DNA of 64,000 nucleotides from Oculina patagonica (Eukaryota): NCBI RefSeq assembly GCF_052425735.1, contig NC_135771.1, positions 124,001 to 188,000 of the forward strand, read 5' to 3'. Shown piece by piece: positions 36,946 to 49,600 of this stretch (position 1 is its first letter; each line of letters starts with the position of its first letter). The notes under the pieces were generated by a model. It saw only the letters and a program-made list of their open reading frames with translations, ran no database searches and was not told where the DNA came from. The position numbers and the translations under genes were made by a program.

Positions 36946-39742
36946 TGACAAATCGACAGAATCATGAACGGATTGTTTTTTAAGTTCTAAGCGATTATTT
37001 CCTGCTCTTATTTCGTGGTTCAATTAAAATAAGACTTCTCCGCACTGGCTGACATTACATTTTTTTGTAGTATGATATCATAGTTATTATTCCAACTCCC
37101 CTTCCTGAAGTCCTTCACCCTACCGATCCCCCCTCGCACTTTGCACCCCTCGCTTATTGCACCTCTCACCCCCCCCCCCTCCTTCCTCTTCTATCACGTT
37201 CATTAAAGAGGCAGCTGATCCTTCCCCTCCCCTCCGTTACGCTTCCCTGAGAGCAGATAGAGGTAGGTTAGCACTCATCCCCATACGTCAAACTGACATT
37301 CCTCTTTCACATGTTCAGTGATGGCTGCCACTGTCCTTACCGTCCAGTCAACCACTGTGATGTGGCTGTGCGCATGCGTAAGGTACCAAATTAAGAAATC
37401 ATCTAAATGCACAAACAAAATGACAATAGAAACTAACCTTTTTTAACAAAAAAAAAATATCTAAAAATAACACGCAAACTGCGGTGATAAACATTACGGA
37501 CAAACGCATTGTTAGAAAAAAATAGACCTTTTACTTGACGTTTCGTATGCTTCAACATGCATCTTCAGAAGCTAGAAGAAACCGTTAAAATGAAAGTACA
37601 ACTAAATTTAAATTCGAAAAATAACAGGATTGACAGATGACGAAAAACAGATGATGAAAGAGAAAAATAATAATAAATAAAATACAATGAAATAACGATT
37701 TGCACAAAACAAATTGTGCAAACTAGTAAAGATAAAAAATATAACACAAACAGCGGTAATGGTAAAAAACATTACCGCTGTTTGTGTTATATTTTTAATC
37801 AAGTTAGACAAGTTACGATGGCCTAAAACCGAGAGTCTATATAGTAAAGATACTGAGATTTTCGCTGACACATTATCATTCACCAGGCGCGTAGCTGACG
37901 TCAATATTTCAAACTCGATGGAGTGTAAAATAACAGGTATTTTTAGTCATAACAACAATATTTCCGGAGTTTTGTTAACTTGATACATTTACATACCGGC
38001 TTAGTACACTAAACGTTTTACAAAAGCTTGACGTGTGCTGCAAAGGCATCTCAGGGTAAAAGCTTAAGCCCCCCACCCCTCGGTTCCACCGTCAATGTAC
38101 TAAAAGCAGCGTCAAAGCGTCTATATGCACTAAATACACGTATCACCTGGGTCCCCCGAAATTTTATTCCCCGCCTTTCGTCTATTGATACTCCATTTAT
38201 CAAATCCCGAACGCCTGTCAAGGAAATATTTTTCAACGATGGGATTATTTTTTGCGGGCCCAAGAGAGGCCCGCAACCCTAATCTTGACAGTGACCAGCG
38301 GATTGCGTTTTACGCGTGCGCGCCACGTTAATAAAAAGCGAACAGAAAACGGAAGTTGAAAATTTTGTTCTTCCACTAAGAACGATCGGAATGCGAAAAA
38401 TGTGTCAATCACGACAGTTTGTCGTAACACCGGAAGAGAAAATCTGTTCTCCAAGAACAATTGTCATTCTGTCACATGAAAGATTGCAAACATTACAATT
38501 TGCAGACGTGTTTTACGGGTGTTGCTTTTGCGAAAATTTGCTCTGATTGTATCACGCATAAACCACGGCAAAGCAGATGATTCCAAAAACGGTTTTTCTC
38601 GAGAAATTCGTTATAACACTGACAACATAGCGAGTTTATCAACCGAGGAAAATCACATCTCAATTCACACCGCGTGTCCGACTACAGTTCACTAAACTGT
38701 CAATCCGACAAAAGACAACTCTGACTGGTTCGCGGCCGGTTAGCGGCAATTAAGCGTGATTTATCATTAATCGCGCCACGTTAATAAAAGGCGAGCACAA
38801 CATAGCGAGTTTACCGATTGAGAAAAATCACATCTCAATTCACACCGCGTGCTCGATTACACTTCCCAAAACGATAAAAACACGCATTCCTTGCGTGACG
38901 CGTTACTCGGGATAATTGTCTTTTGTCCATTTAATCATTTATTTATCGACACTGCCATCTAAAATTACTCACTCTCGTACCAGTACCTTTTCTAAGTGCG
39001 TCAAGGCCCGCACTTTCTAACCTGTGGTTACCACTAGTACTACATATAATACTAGGTCACTAGGATATATTGAGGCCACTTACTAACTAATTCACTACAG
39101 GACTATTCGTAAAGCAAACTTGACAATTGCATCATCCTCGGGTGAAGGCCTTGAAATAGATTGATAATTTCGTCCAGATCGACAGGCATACTGATACTTG
39201 ATATGCATGAGAGCCAGTGAGGAGAGCCCATTCTCCTTACAATTTAATACTTTCCCGATACTTTTAGCGTTTTCTTGCAGGGTAATGTAAACGCTGCGAC
39301 ACTGCGACGTTTCCCATTCCCCCACTATTTGCTAAAGGCTGAAAATCAACAGTTTGTGTTTTCAGTCCTCCATTATTGACCTCTCTGTGATATATTTAAC
39401 GTTCTTTTTAAAATGACCACCACCACCACCAACAACAACTTTTTTCGTACCCAAATTAAAATTAGATATGCATCTATATTAAGACATAGTATTCAGAATT
39501 TCTAGATCAAAACAACGATAAAGACAAAGTTTACGCGATCAAGTTTGTATAGTCCCGTCTGAAGTAGAACCTCTGAGATTCTGTTTGTTTTTCTTACTGG
39601 CGTACTTTTCTTGAAAAGTAATGTGATATTTTCGTTTTAATTTTACGTCAATCATAAGAGGCCCCGTGGGACTTATTTATGTATAAAACGCGTTTGGTTC
39701 GTTAGGACAGCTTTGTTCATGTGGGTTGTTGGTGAGGGTAAA

Positions 39743-42700
39743 ATGGATTTAAGCCTGGTCCTGGTATTTTGTGCTGCGACATTGTCTCTGGTGCACACCA
39801 ACCATGTCTTGGACTCAGTGCAGCGCAATACACTGCATGCAGACAGTATTATCCAGACATCCTTTGGCTTTCGTGACGAACACGGTGAGCAGACGAAAAG
39901 AAGCGAGACAAGTTCGATTGTGTCAAGCCCTCAGAAAAAGCGACGAAGTGTGAGCTCTGATCCATCCAACCTTAAGCTTGCAGCTTTCAACGTACGAACA
40001 TTTGGTACCAAGAAAATGGCAACACCAGGTGTGCCAGATATTCTTGTCAAGGTTGGTATGTTGTCCTTGCATTTTGTCGATGTTTCAAAAATCTTGGAGA
40101 GTGCATCTTACTACAATATAACACTAGCAACACTGGTGGCTCTTGTTTTTTTTGTTTTTTTCGTTTTGATTTTTGTTGTGTGTGTATGGACTCTATCGTT
40201 GAATCTCGGAAAGCTTTGTCGCGAGTATCTATACAGTGACGTCACGTGACGTCTGTTGTAAAAGTAAAATTTGTATCGCTCGCTTGTGAGAAAAAATTCA
40301 TGTTACTCAAGCCAAAAAGTTGCCTTTTGTTTAGTGTTTTTACTGTAACAATCGCCTTTCCACGATTTAAATGTAAACACAAAAGTGAAAATATAGCCAA
40401 TCGAACTTGCAGAGATGTATCTGGAACTGAAGATCCAGAAATTAGAAGTTTTGCCTTTATGTAGTAGGTTGCATTTCTGGCCTTGGGTTGTGAAAGCGGC
40501 AAAAATCGACACGTAAATATATAAGTAAATAAATGCGTGACATAATTTTACGATTTACTATTTTTACTGCTGTAAAGCATCATTTAACTGCTTGCAGTGT
40601 CGATTTTTCTGCCAAAACCGAAGTGAACTTGAAATTACTGTCATGCCGCATGAACAAGGACCAACAAGCGGTGAGTTCTTAATGGCGGTGACGACAATAC
40701 TTCCCGAATGCCGCGCGGCATTCGGAATTCGTTCGTACCGCTCGCGGTTTCTGTAGAATGATAAAGACTGCTGGTAGTATATATTTTTAAGTATTCTTGT
40801 CCCATGTGAACTCTTTTTTGACTGCCGTGATATTTGCAGATTATTCTTCGTTATGATGTCATTCTCATTCAGGAGATCAGAGACGCGTCTGGAAAAGCGA
40901 TTCAACAGCTGCTGTCCTTGGTAAACAAGTCAGTATACACCAAGTCAAGATTAATGTTGTATTTCAATTGCGCGTCAGTTTTTGTGCATGTTAGTGTATT
41001 TTTTTTATTCTCCGAATGAATCCTGTAGGTATTCCACCAAAGGTCTGTACAAGATCACCATCAGCCCGCGACTTGGAAGAACCTCCAGTAAAGAACAATA
41101 CGCATTCTTGTATAGGTCAGTCCCTGATAGTGCGGGTGATTTGAGTTACAATAGCCGACAGGAAAGCAAAGATTTTCCTTCTCCTTGTATACCTATTCCT
41201 AGTGAGGACAGCATAAGGAGAATGAGTGTGTCCGTTTTTCTTATGCACTTCTTTTGCTTGTGTTTTTGTTTCCGGGTTAGGGTTGTTTCGATTTGCTTTC
41301 TGAATGCTGGGTATCATCTACATTATCAACAAGAGAAGACCTATGCGTTCTAAGTTCTTATCCTTCAGCGTGTACGTGTTGCGTTCTTCATTAGGTACTG
41401 GGTGCAGTAACTAGACATGATCAGGCTTACAACTAAGTATGTCTCACTAGCCCGACGAGAGTGGTGACGGGTTGTAGTATACGTTTAATGTGTTATGTGG
41501 CTTTGATTACTTTAGGAAGGACGTTTTATCTGTTAAACACACCTATGTTTACGATGACGGGAAAGAAGAACTAAAAACAGACACATTTGAAAGAGAACCG
41601 TACATTGTGCACTTTACTTCCACTCGAACTAGTAAGTAAATATCTCGCATTTCTGTCTTGAAGGAATCCTTAGAAAAGATAGAAAATACCATGTTATTAG
41701 CCGTTTAAGTACGAGTATGTAGCGAAAAGACTACGCCTTGATGTCATTGTAGAATAACAATTTTCATTTGCAATCTTAACTTGTGGTAAATAATACAACT
41801 TTCACTCGGACGATAACTTATAACTGACTCCAAACCGTTCGAGGTTTTCTCCCTTAAAAGTTAAGTTTTAACCTTTTAAGCCGTGTTTTTTAATTAAAAA
41901 TGGCTGAACTGTAACTGGGTTAATTTGTGCGGTGGTTACAAAATAATCCTTGCTTTTCGTGTCTTTATCTTCAGATCTAACCGATTTCGTACTCGTCGCT
42001 ATCCATACATCTCCGTCCAAAGCTAATCAAGAAATTCACGAGCTTGCCGCTGTGTATGATGACGTCACCAAGAAGCTTGCCATCACAAATGTGATCATTC
42101 TCGGTGACTTAAACGCCGCCTGCAGTTATATGAGTGACAGTGATTGGAAGACCAACCGTTTGGCTAATGACAATCGATTTCATTGGCTCATTTCTGACTG
42201 TGTTGACACCACTGTGACTGGAGGGCACTGTGCATATGATCGGCAAGTAATTTAGGTTTTTGTTGGATGACAGCTTAGTTTTTTCGTGAGAGCGGTGTTC
42301 ATGCAGCGCCGGTAAAAATAATTCAGTCTCAGAGTAGGGGGGTGGGTGGGAGGTGTAGTATAAAGCGCTCGTGATGATGACGCACTTCACTCCTCAAATT
42401 CATTGTATTAGAAAAGACTATTTTACGCTGTGACAACGAATTTTACTTAGGGGTGTTCTAGTCCTATTAACTTGTAATTGTTTTGTGATAAAGACGAGTT
42501 AGAATCCATTTCTTGTACTGTCATAATGTCTTAATCTTTATCAACGTCGACTCGTTTCATTTTATCTGTTATTTTTAGATTCGTAGTTGCTGGAGACGCC
42601 ATATTAGATGCAGTCAGCGAATCAAGTCCAGGAAGCTATAAATATGATGAAGATTTGAACATCAACAAAACTATGGTAAAGACCCTGTAATCTACCGAGT

Positions 42701-43733
42701 GGTCATTTTTATTCTGTTAACGCGTTTCATATCAAGACTGGCTTTTTTTTGCTTTTGCTTCAATGTCGGAGTACAATATCCTTTGTTGCAGGGGAACCAT
42801 CAAAATGGATTTGGAAATAATTTTTAGTAACAAGCCTTAGTAAGGGGAGTGAAAAGCGGACATTTTTTTATAACGAGCTTTTCTCGTACGATAAAATTAA
42901 AGGAAAGAATTGGACGTTGGTACGAGTCTGTCTTGTGTATAGTAACAAAATGTGATTTTGAGGCGTCTATACACTCTATTTAGAGATCCATTTTCTAATA
43001 AATTACCGAATGTTGATTAATTTCAGGCATTACTTGTAAGCGATCACTATCCCGTAGAAATGCAACTTTACTCAAAAGGTAAGTCTCAGTTCATTTTAGG
43101 TTTTTGAATAAACTGATCAATTTCTGTATGTGATATTTGATTCTATTTGATAGCTTCTTTTTTCCTTACATGGTCAACACGACTAACTTGTGAGGTAAAT
43201 ATCTAGCGCAGATTACTGTTAAAAGTTCACCAAAGACAGACAGGTGACGAAAAAATGGAAAGCAAGCCACTTGAGGAAATTATTTTGATTTACCACAACT
43301 AACATTATACAAATGTATGGCAGTAAGTTTGGAATTTGTTTTTTCTTTTCTGACAGAGTTAGCTAAAGCAATGGCTCAAATATCCAAGGCGGTTGAATAC
43401 ACTTATAAAATGAAGCAGCATCCAAGCTTGAGACGATCTACTGTTTATGGAATGAGGAAGAAGAAGGCAATCAAAGATGCAGGATTCAAAGTGGAAACAA
43501 CATACAGTGTGACGTTCAGCAAAGACTTTAAGAGCTTAAAAGAAGCTATGAATGCTATTCGTGTCATAAAAGATAATATGATAAAGGTTAATATGATCTC
43601 TTTTGATCAGACTCAAAATGCAGAGTTCCACCTGAATGAAGTATGGGTAAAGGAAAAGCAAACCGGAACTGTCAAGATTGTTTGTAAAACGTCTCCCCAA
43701 ACAACTTGCTGGATTGCTCTGTTACAAGACTGA
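39743..43733 (+). CDS. Secreted DNase I-family protein, copy 5
   Basis: Exon translations appear identical to copy 2. Confidence 0.92.
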
Positions 43734-44673
43734 TGACAAATCGACAGAATCATGAACGGATTGTTTTTTAAGTTCTAAGCGATTATTTCCTGCTCTTATT
43801 TCGTGGTTCAATTAAAATAAGACTTCTCCGCACTGGCTGACATTACATTTTTTTGTAGTATGATATCATAGTTATTATTCCAACTCCCCTTCCTGAAGTC
43901 CTTCACCCTACCGATCCCCCCTCGCACTTTGCACCCCTCGCTTATTGCACCTCTCACCCCCCCCCCCCTCCTTCCTCTTCTATCACGTTCATTAAAGAGG
44001 CAGCTGATCCTTCCCCCTCCCCTCCGTTACGCTTCCCTGAGAGCAGATAGAGGTAGGTTAGCACTCATCCCCATACGTCAAACTGACATTCCTCTTTCAC
44101 ATGTTCAGTGATGGCTGCCACTGTCCTTACCGTCCAGTCAACCACTGTGATGTGGCTGTGCGCATGCGTAAGGTACCAAATTAAGAAATCATCTAAATGC
44201 ACAAACAAAATGACAATAGAAACTAACCTTTTTTAACAAAAAAAAAATATCTAAAAATAACACGCAAACTGCGGTGATAAACATTACGGACAAACGCATT
44301 GTTAGAAAAAAATAGACCTTTTACTTGACGTTTCGTATGCTTCAACATGCATCTTCAGAAGCTAGAAGAAACCGTTAAAATGAAAGTACAACTAAATTTA
44401 AATTCGAAAAATAACAGGATTGACAGATGACGAAAAACAGATGATGAAAGAGAAAAATAATAATAAATAAAATACAATGAAATAACGATTTGCACAAAAC
44501 AAATTGTGCAAACTAGTAAAGATAAAAAATATAACACAAACAGCGGTAATGGTAAAAAACATTACCGCTGTTTGTGTTATATTTTTAATCAAGTTAGACA
44601 AGTTACGATGGCCTAAAACCGAGAGTCTATATAGTAAAGATACTGAGATTTTCGCTGACACATTATCATTCAC

Positions 44674-46236
44674 CAGGCGCGTAGCTGACGTCAATATTTC
44701 AAACTCGATGGAGTGTAAAATAACAGGTATTTTTAGTCATAACAACAATATTTCCGGAGTTTTGTTAACTTGATACATTTACATACCGGCTTAGTACACT
44801 AAACGTTTTACAAAAGCTTGACGTGTGCTGCAAAGGCATCTCAGGGTAAAAGCTTAAGCCCCCCACCCCTCGGTTCCACCGTCAATGTACTAAAAGCAGC
44901 GTCAAAGCGTCTATATGCACTAAATACACGTATCACCTGGGTCCCCCGAAATTTTATTCCCCGCCTTTCGTCTATTGATACTCCATTTATCAAATCCCGA
45001 ACGCCTGTCAAGGAAATATTTTTCAACGATGGGATTATTTTTTGCGGGCCCAAGAGAGGCCCGCAACCCTAATCTTGACAGTGACCAGCGGATTGCGTTT
45101 TACGCGTGCGCGCCACGTTAATAAAAAGCGAACAGAAAACGGAAGTTGAAAATTTTGTTCTTCCACTAAGAACGATCGGAATGCGAAAAATGTGTCAATC
45201 ACGACAGTTTGTCGTAACACCGGAAGAGAAAATCTGTTCTCCAAGAACAATTGTCATTCTGTCACATGAAAGATTGCAAACATTACAATTTGCAGACGTG
45301 TTTTACGGGTGTTGCTTTTGCGAAAATTTGCTCTGATTGTATCACGCATAAACCACGGCAAAGCAGATGATTCCAAAAACGGTTTTTCTCGAGAAATTCG
45401 TTATAACACTGACAACATAGCGAGTTTATCAACCGAGGAAAATCACATCTCAATTCACACCGCGTGTCCGACTACAGTTCACTAAACTGTCAATCCGACA
45501 AAAGACAACTCTGACTGGTTCGCGGCCGGTTAGCGGCAATTAAGCGTGATTTATCATTAATCGCGCCACGTTAATAAAAGGCGAGCACAACATAGCGAGT
45601 TTACCGATTGAGAAAAATCACATCTCAATTCACACCGCGTGCTCGATAAAGGGTACACTTCCCAAAACGATAAAAACACGCATTCCTTGCGTGACGCGTT
45701 ACTCGGGATAATTGTCTTTTGTCCATTTAATCATTTATTTATCGACACTGCCATCTAAAATTACTCACTCTCGTACCAGTACCTTTTCTAAGTGCGTCAA
45801 GGCCCGCACTTTCTAACCTGTGGTTACCACTAGTACTACATATAATACTAGGTCACTAGGATATATTGAGGCCACTTACTAACTAATTCACTACAGGACT
45901 ATTCGTAAAGCAAACTTGACAATTGCATCATCCTCGGGTGAAGGCCTTGAAATAGATTGATAATTTCGTCCAGATCGACAGGCATACTGATACTTGATAT
46001 GCATGAGAGCCAGTGAGGAGAGCCCATTCTCCTTACAATTTAATACTTTCCCGATACTTTTAGCGTTTTCTTGCAGGGTAATGTAAACGCTGCGACACTG
46101 CGACGTTTCCCATTCCCCCACTATTTGCTAAAGGCTGAAAATCAACAGTTTGTGTTTTCAGTCCTCCATTATTGACCTCCAAAGGGGGTTCGTTCGAACC
46201 CCTCGAACCCCCCCCCCCCCTCCTCCTACGCGCCTG
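44674..46236 (-). mobile_element. Complete hAT-derived non-autonomous element (1563 bp, 5-bp TSD TTCAC)
   Basis: TIRs CAGGCGCGTAG (44674) and CTACGCGCCTG (46226-46236), with TTCAC on both sides. Minus-strand frameshifted remnant KENGLSSLALMHIKYQ/MPVDLDEIINLFQGLHPRMMQLSSLLYE* resembles the end of a hAT dimerisation domain. Internal direct repeats. Confidence 0.85.
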
Positions 46237-46621
46237 TTCACGATATCATTTTTTTAATTTTTATGCCAACTTTGTTGTTTAATATCTCAGAATCTTTTTT
46301 AAATATCCCGTATCCTGTTTATTTCCCTCCAAATATAATTATTTCCTATAATTTTTTTTCTTAAATATCCCGTATCCCTGCCAGTGCAGTATCCTTTGTG
46401 GTTACTGACCGCGATAGAATGGGCACCATCGCTCGTCCCGGGTCCCAGGTCTCCCGGTTTGTTTACATTATTTGTCCAATCACTGCACAGATTAGGTTTT
46501 GGAGCAGATTTCAAAATGGCTTCGTGTTCGTGTTTTCCTTCAAGTTGAAGTCAAAATGTAGCTTTCTAAAGACAAAATAAGGATATCATTTAATGCAAAT
46601 GCGATTTTAGAGTTAGAAAGA

Positions 46622-49600
46622 ATGAATAGCAACACAGCAAGCAGCAGTGATTTAAACAGGGGTCCATTTTCAGCGACGAAACTTGTAAGTGTTACCTATA
46701 TCACCTCATATGAGGGCGACCATCCCTCAGTAGGCGGCGATCGCTGTCCAGTATATTACTTTATTAAACTTTTATTAAATAGCGGGAACTATCTCAAGGT
46801 AAAAAGAAAAGGAAGTTTTTGAATTTAAATTACGTTATGCTTCTTTTTCTCGAACAGTGGAACGAGGTCGTGCGACAGATGAAAAGCAATGTTCCAGTGA
46901 AGAGAAGAAGATGGCGTATGAAAGTTTTTGAAGATGTGTTTGTGGCGTCAGAAGCTTTGGATTGGCTTCATGGGTTCCTAAAAGAAAACCCAAACTTTGG
47001 AACTGACGTGACTCGTCAACAGGCTGTGCAACTGTGCCAGAAATTTCTTAAAAACGGTATTATAACGGATGCACGAGGGAAACAATATAATGGAATGTTC
47101 GAAGACAACAACCATCTATATCGATTTACAGACAAGGCTCGCTATTCACCGTACAAGACAAGTCTCTCTCCGAGAAAAGAAAAGCCACTGGCAAAGAATA
47201 GTGAGAAAAAAAGGAAAGAAACGGCTCCCATTGAGTCTGGTTGTTTAAACACAATTTACAAAGATGAAACGTCTGATTTTCAAGAATTACAACAAGAACA
47301 CAGGCCAACTGTCAACAACATAACAACGCCATCCGTTAAAAATAGACACAAGTATAATCTCAGATCTACTCCGTTTACAACAGAACCTTCAAGAACACCC
47401 CTTGTTAATAAAATGAATGTTTTGAGTTCCGCAAGAACTGATCCCATTCGGGGACCAGTCAAAAGTGCTGTTAAACGCAGGAGTTGTAGGCAAGACAGCA
47501 ATCTTAAGGAAGTTATAATGAATCCAGCGGCATTTGTAGCTCACAACCGACGCTCGTTAACAGATAAAGAAATCAGTGAAGTCTGGTGGAATATTGCTAC
47601 AATTCGGTGAGATTGCTTTGATTCTTGTTAACTAAACCGGGTAATGATAAATTTATGAAATTAACGGGAAACGAAAATCAATATCAATTAAGAAGGTCAT
47701 TATAATTATTATTATTAAATTATTATCATTATCTTTGCTAATTAATATTGGTTAAGTTAATACATGTAATAATAATTCTAATATAATAACACCAATATGG
47801 TGGCCAGAAAGGTCTTCATGAAGAAAAACAGGCTTTGCTCCCAACAACATGAGTTTTCACTTTGGAAACTCTTCTAGTAACTAGTGATATGCAGGTTCGA
47901 TATTCCTCTGCCTTCTCTAGTCAGGCCTTTGTTCTGCCTCAAGAGAGGCAGGAACAGTGCAGGCGCGGCTAGAAGTCCAGCCTACTGGTGGCACTGAAGT
48001 TGAGCCAAGTTTTTAGAACAGCCTTGGATGATAAAAAAATGATCCATTCTATAGAATCAGTTGAGTTTACTAACTTGCCCTGTTGCAGGACAATAATTAT
48101 TATGGCTAAGAACAGAACTGCCATTTGTATATGCGATTCAGAGTCTCCAAATGAAAATGTGTTTGCTTTTGCTAGGGTATATCAGGCTTTATTATTCAAC
48201 ACATGCGCGCGCTGCCCAAATATGGTCAAAATGTTACGTTTTGTTTGTACATAACAGATATTTGTATTTGGTTGGTATTTGTTATTTTTGTTTTTTTTTT
48301 TTTTTTATTTTTTTTTGTTTTTTTGTTAAATAATAAAATTTTTTTTTTTTTGTTTTTTTTTTTTTTCCCCCCCCCCCCCCCCGTTTCTCCTTTTATATTT
48401 AGCTAGTTTGTATTTTCTTTTTAGTTTAAAGAGGCTAATGGATCTTGATGATTCATTTGTGAACTCCCTGAGAATTGAAGGATATGATATCAGTTGTGTG
48501 TGGAGCAGTTCTCAAGCTCAGAGAATCCCCAGAGGTAGGTATACACCAGCTATTGTTCCCAACACTTCCTTTGTGGCTTCTGCTTCTTTGTGCCTTCTCA
48601 ATATTAGTGAAGAAGAAGAAGGGCTTTATTCAGTGGCAGATCTATGGGAGGGGCTTGGGGGGCCGGGTCCCCGCCCTGGCCCCCACTAAACTTAATTTGA
48701 GGCCCGAAGGGCCGATAAAAATTATTTTCAAGAGTGGGCCCCTTATTAATCTAGGGTCTGTATGATAAGTCCCCCACTTACCCGAAGGTCTGGAACCGCC
48801 ACTGTTATTGGATGACGCAATAATTACTGGTAACCCAGTTGTTTACATTGTGGGCTGTCAAAAAAGGAAAGGAAATAATAATAATAATAATACAAAAACA
48901 GGATGATGGAAAGTTTTATAATATAAGTTAAAAGGTTAAGTTAAAAATATTGCAAAATATTATTCAATATTCAAAACATTTTCTAATTTCCTCTGGTTCT
49001 CAAGACCTTGGGAACACACTTTTTCTTTGGTCAGCACTAAGAATACAACGGCTCATTTTAGACTGAAGAAGGGGTTTCCCCGAAACGTCTCTTATTTGTC
49101 AATAACAAATAAGCACTTTTCCAAAAACATTGTTTACACTAAGAATGCAGACTCTGGCCAGTTCTGAGTTTTTACGCATGCACAGAAAGTGCATTTTTTA
49201 TTGTTGGCCAATCAGATTTGAGCAGAAGTTAACTGGCCATAGTCTACATTGTGGTGGGCTGTGGGATGTGATTGGTAAGGTATTACATGTTTTCCTTTGA
49301 TGTGTAAATTGTATTTTTTCTTTCCTTTAAACAGCTATTGAAGTATTACCGCAGTGGCTGATATCTGCCATGAAGTGCCTCATTCATTGTAAGTTTGCCA
49401 GTAAGAACTGAACATTTTAGTGAAGATGGGTATATACCTTTGGTTGTATGTTCCTAGTAATGATTAAATGTTTTTTATTTGTTATTTTTACTTTCAGGGC
49501 CAAATGGTGATTTCTCCAATCAAAGCTTTCCAAAGTATACAGGCTTTGAAAGAGATGTGTTCAAAGCTATTGTGGAGTTCTTTGATGATAAAGATAAACG

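Larger units (their letters stand above)
12222..46179 (+). repeat. Head-to-tail tandem array of five ~6.79 kb units
   Basis: Units start at 12222, 19023, 25810, 32595 and 39382. All four junctions read ATTGACCTCTCTGTGA. Left flank ..TTTTCTCTGTGA and right flank ATTGACCTCCAAAG give a 2-bp TC microhomology. The ORF track repeats with a ~6787 bp period. Confidence 0.97.

Noticed and set aside
48270-48400. Poly-T/poly-C tract as a biological feature
   Set aside because: Looks like low-quality consensus of a repeat; ORFs across it are poly-Phe/Pro artefacts.
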